From an uncultured Clostridium sp. (lineage in GTDB: Bacteria > Bacillota > Clostridia > TANB77 > CAG-508): a DNA stretch of 64,000 nucleotides. The notes under the pieces were generated by a model that worked only from the letters and a program-made list of their open reading frames with translations, was not told where the DNA came from and did no database searches. Position numbers and translations under genes: made by a program. Location of the stretch: NCBI GenBank assembly GCA_947384775.1, contig CANDIF010000004.1, positions 27,132-91,131 on the forward strand. The letters are read 5' to 3'. How positions within the stretch are numbered: position 1 is the stretch's first letter; each line of letters begins with the position of its first letter. Below are positions 20,063 through 30,261 of this stretch, piece after piece.

Positions 20063-20839
20063 ATGGCACAAAAAACTAAAGCAAAGAAAAAGACTAAGAA
20101 AAAAGTAAATAAAAAATTATCTAAAAGAGCAAGAAAGATTAGATACATCATGTTATGGATAACCATATTTGCAATCTTTATTGGTGGAGTAATATTGTTT
20201 TTAATGTCAGATGTATTTAATATTTCAAAAATTACTGTAATGAATAACAAAAAATTAACTGTAGAAGAAATTGTACAAGCATCAACACTTCAAATAAATG
20301 AAAATAGATTTAAAAAAAGTAAGAAGAAAATAATAAACAATATAAAAACTCTATCGTATGTAGAAAATGTAAAAATAAGTAAAAAATTAAACGGAGAAAT
20401 CATTGTAAACATAGAAGAAAGAGAAGCAACATATATGATAAAGCAAGAAGAAAAATATGCATATATAGATAATCAAGGATTTATTTTGGAAATAGCAGAA
20501 ACTCCAATAGATGTACCAATAATTACTGGAATTGAAAGTAAGAATATTGTGGAAGGAAGTAGATTAGAAGTAAGGGATTTAAAAAGACTAGACACACTAA
20601 TAGAAATATGTGAATCAGCTAAGGCTCAAAATATAGGAGATTTGATTACAGAAGTAAACATAGATAACGAAAAAAATTTTATACTCATGATACCAAGTCA
20701 AGCAAAGACAGTAGAATTTGGGGATGGTACGGATATAAATATAAAGATATTAAAACTTATAGAAGTATTGAAAAAAACAGAAGGACAAGAAGGGACAATT
20801 TTCATGAGGAATAGAGTATATTTTAGTGAAAAGGTATAA
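20063..20839 (+). CDS. Cell division protein FtsQ/DivIB (POTRA)
   Basis: Basic N-terminus, TM, FNI..I.V, I.VNIEER; follows murA. Confidence 0.8.
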   Translation: MAQKTKAKKKTKKKVNKKLSKRARKIRYIMLWITIFAIFIGGVILFLMSDVFNISKITVMNNKKLTVEEIVQASTLQINENRFKKSKKKIINNIKTLSYVENVKISKKLNGEIIVNIEEREATYMIKQEEKYAYIDNQGFILEIAETPIDVPIITGIESKNIVEGSRLEVRDLKRLDTLIEICESAKAQNIGDLITEVNIDNEKNFILMIPSQAKTVEFGDGTDINIKILKLIEVLKKTEGQEGTIFMRNRVYFSEKV

Positions 20840-20867
20840 AAAACATAAATAATGAAAGGAGAACAAG

Positions 20868-21596
20868 ATGAAAAACAAAAAACTTGAAAAACAAGTGTCA
20901 ATAGTTCTAGGAATTGTTTGCTTTATGCTAACTATAGGAATTTGTATTCAGGTAAAATCCGTAGATACTATAACAGAAAAAAAGGGGATTAGTATAAGTG
21001 ATAATTCAGATTTAATAGATGAAGTTTTTAGACAAAGACAAATTTATAAAGATACGTATAAAAAGCTAGAAACAGCAGAGCTTAACTTGGAACAAATAAG
21101 ATTACAAGCAACAGAACATTCTGGAGCAGATAGTTCATTAGAAGCACAAATAAAAAACAATAATAAATTATTAGGATTAACAGAAGTAAAAGGCCCAGGA
21201 ATAATAATTAGATTAGATGATAATAGAGAAATTGATGTTGAAGAAGAACTAGTAAACCCAAATTTAATTATAGTACATGAAGGAGATTTGTTACAAATTG
21301 TTAATGAACTTTTTAATGCTGGTGCTGATGCAATATCAATAAATGGAAAAAGAATAGTAAATACAACAGCAATTTTGTGTGATGGAAATATTATCAGAAT
21401 AAATGATGAAATAGTTGGAGTACCAATAGAAATAAAAGCAATAGGATATCCGGCAAGTCTGTATGCACTAAATAGACCACAGGGATATCTGTCAATAATG
21501 AAACGTGATGGAGTAATAGTTAGTACAGAAAAAAAAGATGAGATAACAATACCTAAGTATGAAGGTATATATAAATATGAATATATAAAGAGGTGA
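20868..21596 (+). CDS. DUF881 family protein
   Basis: GLTEVKGPGIII.LDD, IVHEGDLL.IVNEL..AGADAISING.R. Confidence 0.88.
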   Translation: MKNKKLEKQVSIVLGIVCFMLTIGICIQVKSVDTITEKKGISISDNSDLIDEVFRQRQIYKDTYKKLETAELNLEQIRLQATEHSGADSSLEAQIKNNNKLLGLTEVKGPGIIIRLDDNREIDVEEELVNPNLIIVHEGDLLQIVNELFNAGADAISINGKRIVNTTAILCDGNIIRINDEIVGVPIEIKAIGYPASLYALNRPQGYLSIMKRDGVIVSTEKKDEITIPKYEGIYKYEYIKR

Positions 21597-21604
21597 AATA
21601 GATA

Positions 21605-22297
21605 GTGAAAAAAGGAAAAAAGACAATTACAATAACAGTTGGAATGATGTGCTTAATACTAACTATGATAATTTTTATTCAAATAAAAACGGTAAACCAT
21701 ACTAATGTTGGTGAGCTTGAAATAATGAGAGAAAGCGAACTAAAGGCAGAAATTACAGCATTAAAAACAAAAACAAATGAAGTTGAAGAAAAAATAGAAG
21801 CAACAAATACAAAAATACAAGAATATGAAGATGTAATAACCAAAGGAAAGGAAGCCTCAGAACTATTAGTAAGTGAGCTAGCAGAAGGAGATGACATATT
21901 AGGAAAAACAACAGTAACAGGAGAAGGAATAGTAATAACATTATCATCAGGAGAAAAAACAGTTACTATAGATGATTTATTAGAATTAGTAAATATTCTT
22001 AAAAACTCAGGAGCAGAGGCAATATCAATAAATGGTAAAAGGATAGTATATGAATCTTACATTGTTGATATAGCAGGTTACATTAGCATAAACGGAAGAA
22101 GAACTGTAGAACCATACACGGTGAAAGCTATAGGAAACATGTCTCACCTAGAAAGTGGTATAGCACAGAAAAAATATGGATATATAGATACAAAAATATC
22201 TGAAGGAAAAAATGTTGTATTAGAAAAATCTTCAGATATAACAATAGATCCATATAGCAGAGAACTTAAATTCGACTATGTAAAGGAGGAAAATTAA
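21605..22297 (+). CDS. DUF881 family protein
   Basis: G.T.VTGEGIVITL, DLL.LVN.L..SGAEAISING.R, PY.VKAIG. Confidence 0.88.
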   Translation: MKKGKKTITITVGMMCLILTMIIFIQIKTVNHTNVGELEIMRESELKAEITALKTKTNEVEEKIEATNTKIQEYEDVITKGKEASELLVSELAEGDDILGKTTVTGEGIVITLSSGEKTVTIDDLLELVNILKNSGAEAISINGKRIVYESYIVDIAGYISINGRRTVEPYTVKAIGNMSHLESGIAQKKYGYIDTKISEGKNVVLEKSSDITIDPYSRELKFDYVKEEN

Positions 22298-22669
22298 ATG
22301 ATAATTATAGCAATAATTATAGGATGTGTATTGGGAGCAATTATAGGAATGAATGCACCAATAATTTCATATATGTATTCTAACTACCTAGCAATTGCAA
22401 TTGTTGCAGCGTTAGATTCAGTATTTGGTGGAATAACATCAGTATTAAAAGGAAATTTTGATTTAAAAATATTTATTACAGGTTTTTTTGGAAATGCGAT
22501 ATTATCAATATTACTTACATGGTTAGGTGTGAAATTAAACATTGATATTTATTTAGCTGCCATAGTAGTATTTGTAGGAAGAATGTTCACAAATCTAGCA
22601 ATTATACGTAGATACTATATAGAAAAATGGACAACAAAGATTTACAAAAAAGAAGAAAAGAAAGCATAA
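22298..22669 (+). CDS. sbp: Small basic protein Sbp (DUF1290)
   Basis: YLAIAIVAALDSVFGG, FITGFFGN, R.F.NLAIIRR. Confidence 0.88.
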   Translation: MIIIAIIIGCVLGAIIGMNAPIISYMYSNYLAIAIVAALDSVFGGITSVLKGNFDLKIFITGFFGNAILSILLTWLGVKLNIDIYLAAIVVFVGRMFTNLAIIRRYYIEKWTTKIYKKEEKKA

Positions 22670-22714
22670 AGTAAAAGCTCTGAAACTTTTATTTCAGAGC
22701 TTTTAGATTGCTTT

Positions 22715-23338
22715 TTATTTAGCTATAAAATCTAAAAGTAAATTATGCTCATAAACTTTAGAGCCGATTTTAGAACTATTAATATTGTTAATTAAACTTT
22801 CATCAAGCATAGGAGTAAACAATGAAGCTAAAGCAAATACAACAAGGACAATTAGGCAACCTTGAAGACATCCGAAAATTATACCACCTAAATGATTAAA
22901 ACTATTCAAGAATGGTAGTTTTGCAACTAAATCTGCCAAGAATGTTACGAATCTTAGGATGATTTTTGCAATAACGAATATTAATAATAATGCTACTGTT
23001 TCAATTATTTTTGAACTAAATGTTTCTGCAATACTTTGAACTGATTGTTTATTTTCTTTTAATAGTATATGATATATATCATCTTTAAGCTCAAATTCAT
23101 CTGTTTCAGATAATCCCTCAGGTAAAATCTTTTGAACAATAGCGTCTTCAATCTTTTCATCAATTTCAGTATTGTTTATAACTAGAGATGAAATAGGTTT
23201 ATAAAGAATTAAAGCTATAATTAAAGCTATAAAGAAAGTGCATAAGCTGAATGCGATTTTGACTAATCCACGTTTGTAGCCAATAAAAGTAAATAAAATT
23301 ACAATACCAATTATTATTAAATCAATAAGTAAAGCCAT
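22715..23338 (-). CDS. CvpA family membrane protein
   Basis: IDLII...IGYKRGL, LPFL..FNHLGG.IFG. Confidence 0.8.
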   Translation of the reverse strand: MALLIDLIIIGIVILFTFIGYKRGLVKIAFSLCTFFIALIIALILYKPISSLVINNTEIDEKIEDAIVQKILPEGLSETDEFELKDDIYHILLKENKQSVQSIAETFSSKIIETVALLLIFVIAKIILRFVTFLADLVAKLPFLNSFNHLGGIIFGCLQGCLIVLVVFALASLFTPMLDESLINNINSSKIGSKVYEHNLLLDFIAK

Positions 23339-23354
23339 AATATAATCACCTCCA

Positions 23355-24512
23355 TTATAAAGAAATTATTTCTGTTTTATTTTTAAAAATTATAATAGCT
23401 AAATTATTAGATATTGAGATATCTTGTATTTCTTGGTAAGAAGTATATTGTTTAATAAGCCAAGAATTATTATTAATAAAAAGAGCTTCTGTTCCAAAAT
23501 TGATTGCAATTATATTTCCAAAGGTTTTGATAGATTTTGGCTCTTTATCTAAAGTATAACAGTTTCTCTCAGAATTTTCTGGATTTATCATTTGCAATTC
23601 AAAAGTAGAATTAAACATAGAATCATTTTTCTTTTCAACTTGAATAATTCTGTCATTCAAATCAGCAAACACAATGTTAGAGTTGCTAAAATTAGTAATT
23701 TCATTAGATGCGTTATTTTTTAAAGCTGAAATATGATTATCATATATGCATGATAAGATATTTCCTTTAGTATAGTCTATGTTGACAATTAAATTATTAG
23801 AAGGGGCAGTTTCTTTATAAGCAATAGCATCAGCACCTTGAGTAACTGCATTATTAATATCAATAACTTCTACATTAGATTTTATAACAGCACCAGAAGA
23901 ATCAACTTCTGCAAGAGCAAGATACTTATTATCAGAAGAAATTGCTAAATCCATTACAGAAGTATTAGACAAAAAACGTTTAAAAAGTTCTGAACCATCT
24001 TGTGCAAACATTCTAACAATAGTTTTATAAGTGGTTCCAGTAATAGCAACTGATACATAACCATTCTTATTTACATATACATCAGAAACATTACCTTCAA
24101 CATCTTTTTCCCATACTATGTTTTTACCGGAAATCAAATATAATTTTTGACCATTTTTTTCAGCCATCACAAAATAATTTCCATTAGTACAAACTATAGG
24201 ATTAACAATTTTTATATCCAAAGAATCTTCTTTTTCTCCATTTTTATTAAAGAAAGTCAAAGTGTTTTCATATTGTTCAACAACATTATTATTAAAAACA
24301 TATACATTAGAAGTTTCTGTTGCGATAGAAGGTAAAGTGCCTTCTGTAACGTTTTTCTTAAATAAATATTTATCAAAGAAAATTCTAATAGGCTCGACTC
24401 TAAAATATAAGAAGCTAAAAATAGCAATTAACATTAATGATACAATTATTGCAATCAAGATAATAAGCTTTTTTTTATTGATTTTTCTTTCTTTTAAATT
24501 TTTTAAAATCAT
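23355..24512 (-). CDS. Membrane-anchored beta-propeller-like protein (DUF5711-like)
   Basis: N-terminal TM; VNKNGYVSV, DLAISSDNKYLA. Confidence 0.65.
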   Translation of the reverse strand: MILKNLKERKINKKKLIILIAIIVSLMLIAIFSFLYFRVEPIRIFFDKYLFKKNVTEGTLPSIATETSNVYVFNNNVVEQYENTLTFFNKNGEKEDSLDIKIVNPIVCTNGNYFVMAEKNGQKLYLISGKNIVWEKDVEGNVSDVYVNKNGYVSVAITGTTYKTIVRMFAQDGSELFKRFLSNTSVMDLAISSDNKYLALAEVDSSGAVIKSNVEVIDINNAVTQGADAIAYKETAPSNNLIVNIDYTKGNILSCIYDNHISALKNNASNEITNFSNSNIVFADLNDRIIQVEKKNDSMFNSTFELQMINPENSERNCYTLDKEPKSIKTFGNIIAINFGTEALFINNNSWLIKQYTSYQEIQDISISNNLAIIIFKNKTEIISL

Positions 24513-24637
24513 AATAACCTCACACACATATTTATATCAATAAAATACATTTTTTTCAATAGAAATAATATAAAATGCAATAAAAATAAATAATTGAAAT
24601 CTATAAAGACTAATGATATAATAATTTTGGTGATGAC

Positions 24638-25408
24638 ATGTTAAAAAAGAAAAAAGTAATAATTATAAGCATAGTTATAACATTAATAGTTATAATTGCT
24701 GTAGTGGCAACAATATTCATAATACGAAAAGGGAAAAAAACAGAAAATAAAAGTAATCAGGAAGTAGCAAATATAGATAAAGCAAAATTAGAAATGGAAT
24801 TTAAAAAAGAATTTTTAAATGAAGAAACTGAATATGTAGAAATTAGACAAAAAATAGAGCAGTCCAAAGTTGGAACATATGATGTAAAAGCAATTATTCC
24901 AAAAATCACTATTGAAAAAGAAGAGGCAAATAAAATAAATAAGGAAATATATAAATTAGCAGCAGATATAATAAATCAAGGAGCAAGAGCAGAAAAGTAT
25001 GCAAAATATAACATGGAGTACACATCATTTATAAATAATAACATTTTATCATTAGTAATTAGATTCACAGTAAAAGAAGGAGATAATCCAAGAAGAATTA
25101 TAATTAAAACATATAATTATGATATTGAAAAAGATAAAAGAATAGAGCTAGCAGATATTATAGATAGTGAGCAAGAAAACAAAATTCAAAACGAAATAAA
25201 TAAAAAAATTGAAGAATCAAATGCAAAGGCAGAGCAGAGTATAAACAAAGGATATAATGCCTACATAAGAGACGCAGAAAGTTCTATATATAAAATAAAA
25301 AATGCAACAGAATTTTTTATAGGAGAAGACAATATTTTATATATAATTTATGCTTATGGGAACCAAGAGTATACAGAACAAATGGATTTAATAATATATA
25401 AATTATAA
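24638..25408 (+). CDS. Membrane-anchored hypothetical protein (DUF3298/PdaC-like)
   Basis: TM, IP.I, NNILSL.I, TYNYDI. Confidence 0.6.
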   Translation: MLKKKKVIIISIVITLIVIIAVVATIFIIRKGKKTENKSNQEVANIDKAKLEMEFKKEFLNEETEYVEIRQKIEQSKVGTYDVKAIIPKITIEKEEANKINKEIYKLAADIINQGARAEKYAKYNMEYTSFINNNILSLVIRFTVKEGDNPRRIIIKTYNYDIEKDKRIELADIIDSEQENKIQNEINKKIEESNAKAEQSINKGYNAYIRDAESSIYKIKNATEFFIGEDNILYIIYAYGNQEYTEQMDLIIYKL

Positions 25409-25452
25409 ATAAAAGAGCAAACCGTTCATGGTTTGCTCTTTTGATATATTTT

Positions 25453-26572
25453 TTATTCTATATAATCATTTATAGAACCCATATTTAGTTTAAATAATTT
25501 CTTAATCTTACGCACAAAAGTATGTATAAAACTGAAAGCAGACTTAGTATTATCTATTATAGCAAGGGAAGTACATTCGCTTTTAAATAAGCTAATTTCA
25601 CCGAATTTTTCAACTTCAGCTTGCTTTTTCTCAATAGCATTCATTAAATCGCAATAAAAATTATTATAAAAAGTGTAATTACGAGAAGTTCCCATTACAT
25701 TTTTAAAATTGTATAATTTATTTTTAAAGTTATATAAATCTTCAGCATCGCGAATGCTATTAAATTCATATGTAAAACAATTTCTAATAATACAATTCTG
25801 AATAGAAAAGAATAATTTAGTTATTGAACGTTTCTGTTCAGCAATGATGGAATTTAATTGCTTAATATCATTTATCTTTTCAGTATATTCTAGTTCTTTT
25901 ATATAACAGTATAAATCATTTTCAAGTTTTAACAATTTATCTAATTGCCTTGAAATTTTTTCATACATCTTTTTACTGAATTTGGCACTAAAAGTATTTT
26001 TGAATAAATCACTATTATACAAAACACTATGGTATAAAGGATATGTTCCAGTAAAATATACTAACTCATTAACTAAAGAACATTCTAAAGGATAATAATC
26101 AGGACTATTTGTTCTTAGTAAAATATCAAAATATTTTTCCTCTACTACATTTGACATATTTGCTTCAGAAGCCATAAGTTGAACAGCTGCTTCATTAAGA
26201 GCAAGCTCAGAGAAAAAATCGTGAGATCCACCAAAACCGCTCATTTTTTTCTTTTGAAAAAGAGTTCTGTAAAAAATGAATACATTCATGCATAGCTGTA
26301 TCAGGTACACTAGTAAAATCTAAATCTTCATTAAAATATATTGAATTAGTTTCAGGAACATATTTAGCACCTGAAGAATCATTAGGCATACTTGCAGTGT
26401 ACATATTTAGCGTACAAAATGAATTAAATAATTGCTGTCTATTAAAATTATGTTCAGGAAAAGCAAGACATAACTTAATAGCAATATCCGTAGATATTGT
26501 TTTTATTTGATTGCTATTCAATTCATGAATATTAGTAATGCCTTCTTTTTTTAACAAGAAATTAACATTCAT
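25453..26572 (-). CDS. Putative HExxH metallopeptidase-like protein, joined by a +1 shift at CGGT (26239-26236)
   Basis: AMHECIHFLQ in the 5' ORF and LNEAAV (typical third ligand) in the 3' ORF; KNE-(C)GGT-FGGSHDF joins them. Confidence 0.65.
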
Positions 26573-26824
26573 TAGTAACTCCTTCTTTTATTCGTTAGTA
26601 TTCTAAAAAACATTATACAACAAAAAGTCGAAAAAAGATGTTACAATTATATTAACTTTATGTTACAAAAACATGACACAAAATGTTACAAAAATGTAAT
26701 AAACGAGCAAAGCCGACAAAATAGCACCTTACAGGACATCGAAAAAATACGATTACTTGACAAAAATAGAAAATATGGCATAATTAAAAGTGAATAATTA
26801 TAGGGAAAAAGGGGATTGTTACAT

Positions 26825-29575
26825 ATGATACAAAGAAAAAAACGACAAGTTAAAATTGCTTTATTGATTCTTATAATTCTTGCAGTAGCAGTAGTAGCTA
26901 CAATGGGAATTTTCAAAGTATTTAATAAAAGTGAAAATAAACCAGAGATGCAAGAAACAACTCAAGCGAATTTGAATATATATGAATTAAAAAGCATAAT
27001 AGTAGAAACAAAATTAACTGAAGAAGATTTAAAAGGAAAATATAATGCAAGTGAAATTGAAACCTTAATGGAAGGTGAAGCAGATGAAACTAAACTTTAT
27101 CTGTTAACATATAAAACAGAGGAAGATACAAAAAATGCATACGAAGCTTTGCAGAAAGATGAAAATTTTCAATCTGTTGACCTAAATAAAAAAGTAACAA
27201 CAAATGAAAGAGTAGAAAAGATTTTCCAATGGAATGTTGGAGGAGAAAATCCACTTACTTCATGGGGTGGAGTTACAATGGGGCTAGATAAAACTCTAGA
27301 AACAATAAATAAAAAAACAAATAATCCAGAGATAATTGTTGCAGTAATAGATTCAGGACTAGATATGACACATCCTATATTTGAACAAGATGCAACATTA
27401 AAAGCAAGAGTATTAGAAGGAATTGATGCAACAGGAAAAAATGATATAACAGATAATGATGGGCATGGTACAAATGTTGCAGGTATTGTTTTAGAATCAA
27501 CACCAGACAATGTAAAAGTTTTACCAATAAAAGCATTAGATGTACAAGAAGCAGGAAAACCAGCAACAGGAACAATGGCAGATATCATTAGTGCTATTAA
27601 CCAAGCTGTTTCAAATGGAGCAGACGTAATAAATATGAGCTTAGGAGCAAAAGGAATAAATTTAGCAGAGCAAAATGCAATAAACAAAGCATATGCAAAA
27701 GGAATTGTATGTATAGCAGCATCAGGAAATGGAGATGACAAAACAGGACTAGCATATGACTTAGATGCAGATGGAATGGAATTCTATCCAGCAGAATGTG
27801 AAAATGTAATAACAGTAGGAGCAGTAAAAAACACTTTGATAAATGCATCAACAAGAGATGATGGAATAGATCAGTATCTTATAGATAATTATGCAACATA
27901 TATTCAAGCAACAACAGGAGATTTGAGTATAGCACAGTTTTCAAATTATGGTGAAAAACTAGATTTTGTTGCACCTGGTGTAACAATAGTAGGGTTAACA
28001 GCAGGAGGAAGATTAGGAATTTATGATGGTACATCACAAGCAGCACCTCATGTAGCAGCTGCTGCGGCAACAATAAAAAGCTATAATGAAGACTATACAA
28101 GTGATCAAGTAGAAGAAATCTTGGAATACTATGCTGTTGACTTAGGAGCAGAAGGTAGAGATAATCTTTATGGAAAAGGATTTGTATCATTTAAAGAAGT
28201 AGAAGAATGTACATGTGGTTCAACTGAATGTGATAAAATATACTGTTTTGGTTGCAAAAACAAGTCTTGTATATATCATCCAGGAAAAGATAATAAACTA
28301 ACAAGTATAGCTGTAACAGAAGCTCCAGCAAAAACAACATACTACTTAAATGAAGAATTTGACCCAGCAGGAATGGTAGTAACAGCAACATATAGTGATG
28401 GAAAAACAAAGGCAGTAGAAGGCTATACAAATACAACTATAGCAGGAGTATGGGAAAACTTAGAACAAAACATGGTAATATACACAATTGACATAGCGTA
28501 TACAGAAGACAAAGTAACAAGACATGCAAAACAAGATATAACATTAAATAAATCAGAATTACAAGTTCCAAAATTACAATCACTAGAGATAACAAATCCA
28601 CCAGCAAAAACAGCATATGAAGAAGGCGAAACATTTGATACTACAGGAATGATAGTAACAGCAGTTTATGATGATGAAAGTAAACAAATAATAACAAATT
28701 ATACATATACACCAACAGAAGCACTAACAAGCGATATAACAGAAGTAGTAATATCTTATACAGAAGGAAGTATTACTAAAGAGGTGAAACAAACAATAAC
28801 AGTAGGAACTCAAGAAGGAGAAAAGAAATTATCAAAAATAGCAATAACAGCACCACCAAGAAAAACAACATATGATGTTGGTGAAGAATTCGATAAAACA
28901 GGAATGGTAGTAACAGCAACATATACAGACGATTCAGTAGAAACAGTAACAGATTACACAATACTACCAGCAAGAAAATTACAAGCAGTAGATACAAAAG
29001 TAACAATTCAATACACTAAAGATGGAGTAACTAAACAAGTAGATCAACCAATAACAATGAATACACAAAGTGGAAATTTACCAACAACTAAAACTTTATC
29101 TAAAATAGCAGTAGGAACTCCACCAACAAAAACAACATATACAGCAGGAGAGAGATTTGATACTACAGGAATGATAATAAAAGCAACATATTCAGATGGG
29201 TCAGCAGAAATAATTACAGACTACACATATTCCCCATCAGGAGAATTAAAAACAACAGATACTAAAATTGTTGTAAGTTATAATGAAAAAACAGTAAATA
29301 TTCCAATAACAGTAAAATCAGCAACAGCGCCAGGTACAACAACAGATCCAGGTACAACAGAATATCCTGATTTAAACAGCAGTATGTTTAATATAACAGT
29401 AAAAGATCCAAACGGCTCAAATGAAATAAAAGTAAATGTAGAAGATGGAACAACATCAAAAGGAGAATTAGCATACACAGGATTAGAAGATACCATAATT
29501 CCAATAGGAATATGTATAGCAATTGCAGTAATAACAGTATCATATGTATCATATAGAAAATATAAAGATATTTAA
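26825..29575 (+). CDS. Surface subtilisin-like S8 protease with four Ig-like (Big_3) repeats
   Basis: VAVIDSG, HGTNVAG, GTSQAAPH triad; 4x P.KT.Y..GE.FD.TGM.V.ATY.D; LAYTG + TM + basic tail. Confidence 0.9.
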   Translation: MIQRKKRQVKIALLILIILAVAVVATMGIFKVFNKSENKPEMQETTQANLNIYELKSIIVETKLTEEDLKGKYNASEIETLMEGEADETKLYLLTYKTEEDTKNAYEALQKDENFQSVDLNKKVTTNERVEKIFQWNVGGENPLTSWGGVTMGLDKTLETINKKTNNPEIIVAVIDSGLDMTHPIFEQDATLKARVLEGIDATGKNDITDNDGHGTNVAGIVLESTPDNVKVLPIKALDVQEAGKPATGTMADIISAINQAVSNGADVINMSLGAKGINLAEQNAINKAYAKGIVCIAASGNGDDKTGLAYDLDADGMEFYPAECENVITVGAVKNTLINASTRDDGIDQYLIDNYATYIQATTGDLSIAQFSNYGEKLDFVAPGVTIVGLTAGGRLGIYDGTSQAAPHVAAAAATIKSYNEDYTSDQVEEILEYYAVDLGAEGRDNLYGKGFVSFKEVEECTCGSTECDKIYCFGCKNKSCIYHPGKDNKLTSIAVTEAPAKTTYYLNEEFDPAGMVVTATYSDGKTKAVEGYTNTTIAGVWENLEQNMVIYTIDIAYTEDKVTRHAKQDITLNKSELQVPKLQSLEITNPPAKTAYEEGETFDTTGMIVTAVYDDESKQIITNYTYTPTEALTSDITEVVISYTEGSITKEVKQTITVGTQEGEKKLSKIAITAPPRKTTYDVGEEFDKTGMVVTATYTDDSVETVTDYTILPARKLQAVDTKVTIQYTKDGVTKQVDQPITMNTQSGNLPTTKTLSKIAVGTPPTKTTYTAGERFDTTGMIIKATYSDGSAEIITDYTYSPSGELKTTDTKIVVSYNEKTVNIPITVKSATAPGTTTDPGTTEYPDLNSSMFNITVKDPNGSNEIKVNVEDGTTSKGELAYTGLEDTIIPIGICIAIAVITVSYVSYRKYKDI

Positions 29576-29697
29576 AAAATAAAAAAAGTAGCTTCAAGAA
29601 GAAGCTACTTTTTTTAGCTTAAAAACATTATAATGCCAATAAAAGTTGAAATTTTAATAAATTCCTGTTATAATTATATTTTAGGAAAAGAGGTAAG

Positions 29698-30234
29698 ATG
29701 AAAAAAATATTAATTATAATAGGACTTTTTATTAGCTTTATATTAATTTATTTTTTACAGATTAACTTTTTTAGTTGGTATAATATAGCAGGAATTAAGC
29801 CAAACTTATTTATAATATTAGCATTATTTATAGGACTATATATGGGGAAAACGTATGGACTAATTATAGGATTAATAATGGGATTATGCTTGGATTTGTA
29901 TATAGCAAAAATGATAGGAACTAACTTTTTAGTTATGGGACTATCAGGATTTTTAGGAGGAGTTTATGATAAGAACTTTTCTAAAGATACTTTAATAACA
30001 TTAATTCTAATAGTAGCAGGGACAACAATATTATGCGAAACTATAGTGTATATAATGCAACTAATATTTTTAAGAGTAGAACTAACAACTTTAAAATTTA
30101 TATATATTGTTTTTATAGAAGCAATATATAATGTAATCTTAATTATAATTTTAAATCCACTAATTCAAAAGATAGGAAATTCCATAGAAGAAAACTTTGA
30201 AAAAGAAAAACAATTTAGTAAATATTTATTGTGA
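29698..30234 (+). CDS. mreD: Rod shape-determining protein MreD
   Basis: GIKPNL, GL..GL.LD, hydrophobic; directly upstream of PBP2. Confidence 0.85.
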   Translation: MKKILIIIGLFISFILIYFLQINFFSWYNIAGIKPNLFIILALFIGLYMGKTYGLIIGLIMGLCLDLYIAKMIGTNFLVMGLSGFLGGVYDKNFSKDTLITLILIVAGTTILCETIVYIMQLIFLRVELTTLKFIYIVFIEAIYNVILIIILNPLIQKIGNSIEENFEKEKQFSKYLL

Positions 30235-30261
30235 AAATATTAAACTATAAAGGAGAAAAAG

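Noticed and set aside
19395-20069. Long antisense ORFs (here and at 27169-27741, 54862-55254 and elsewhere)
   Set aside because: Shadows of A-rich sense genes, giving F/L/I/S-rich translations with no SD.
29325-29362. Short tandem repeat CCAGGTACAACA
   Set aside because: Encodes a PGTT linker in the surface protease; ordinary low-complexity coding repeat.
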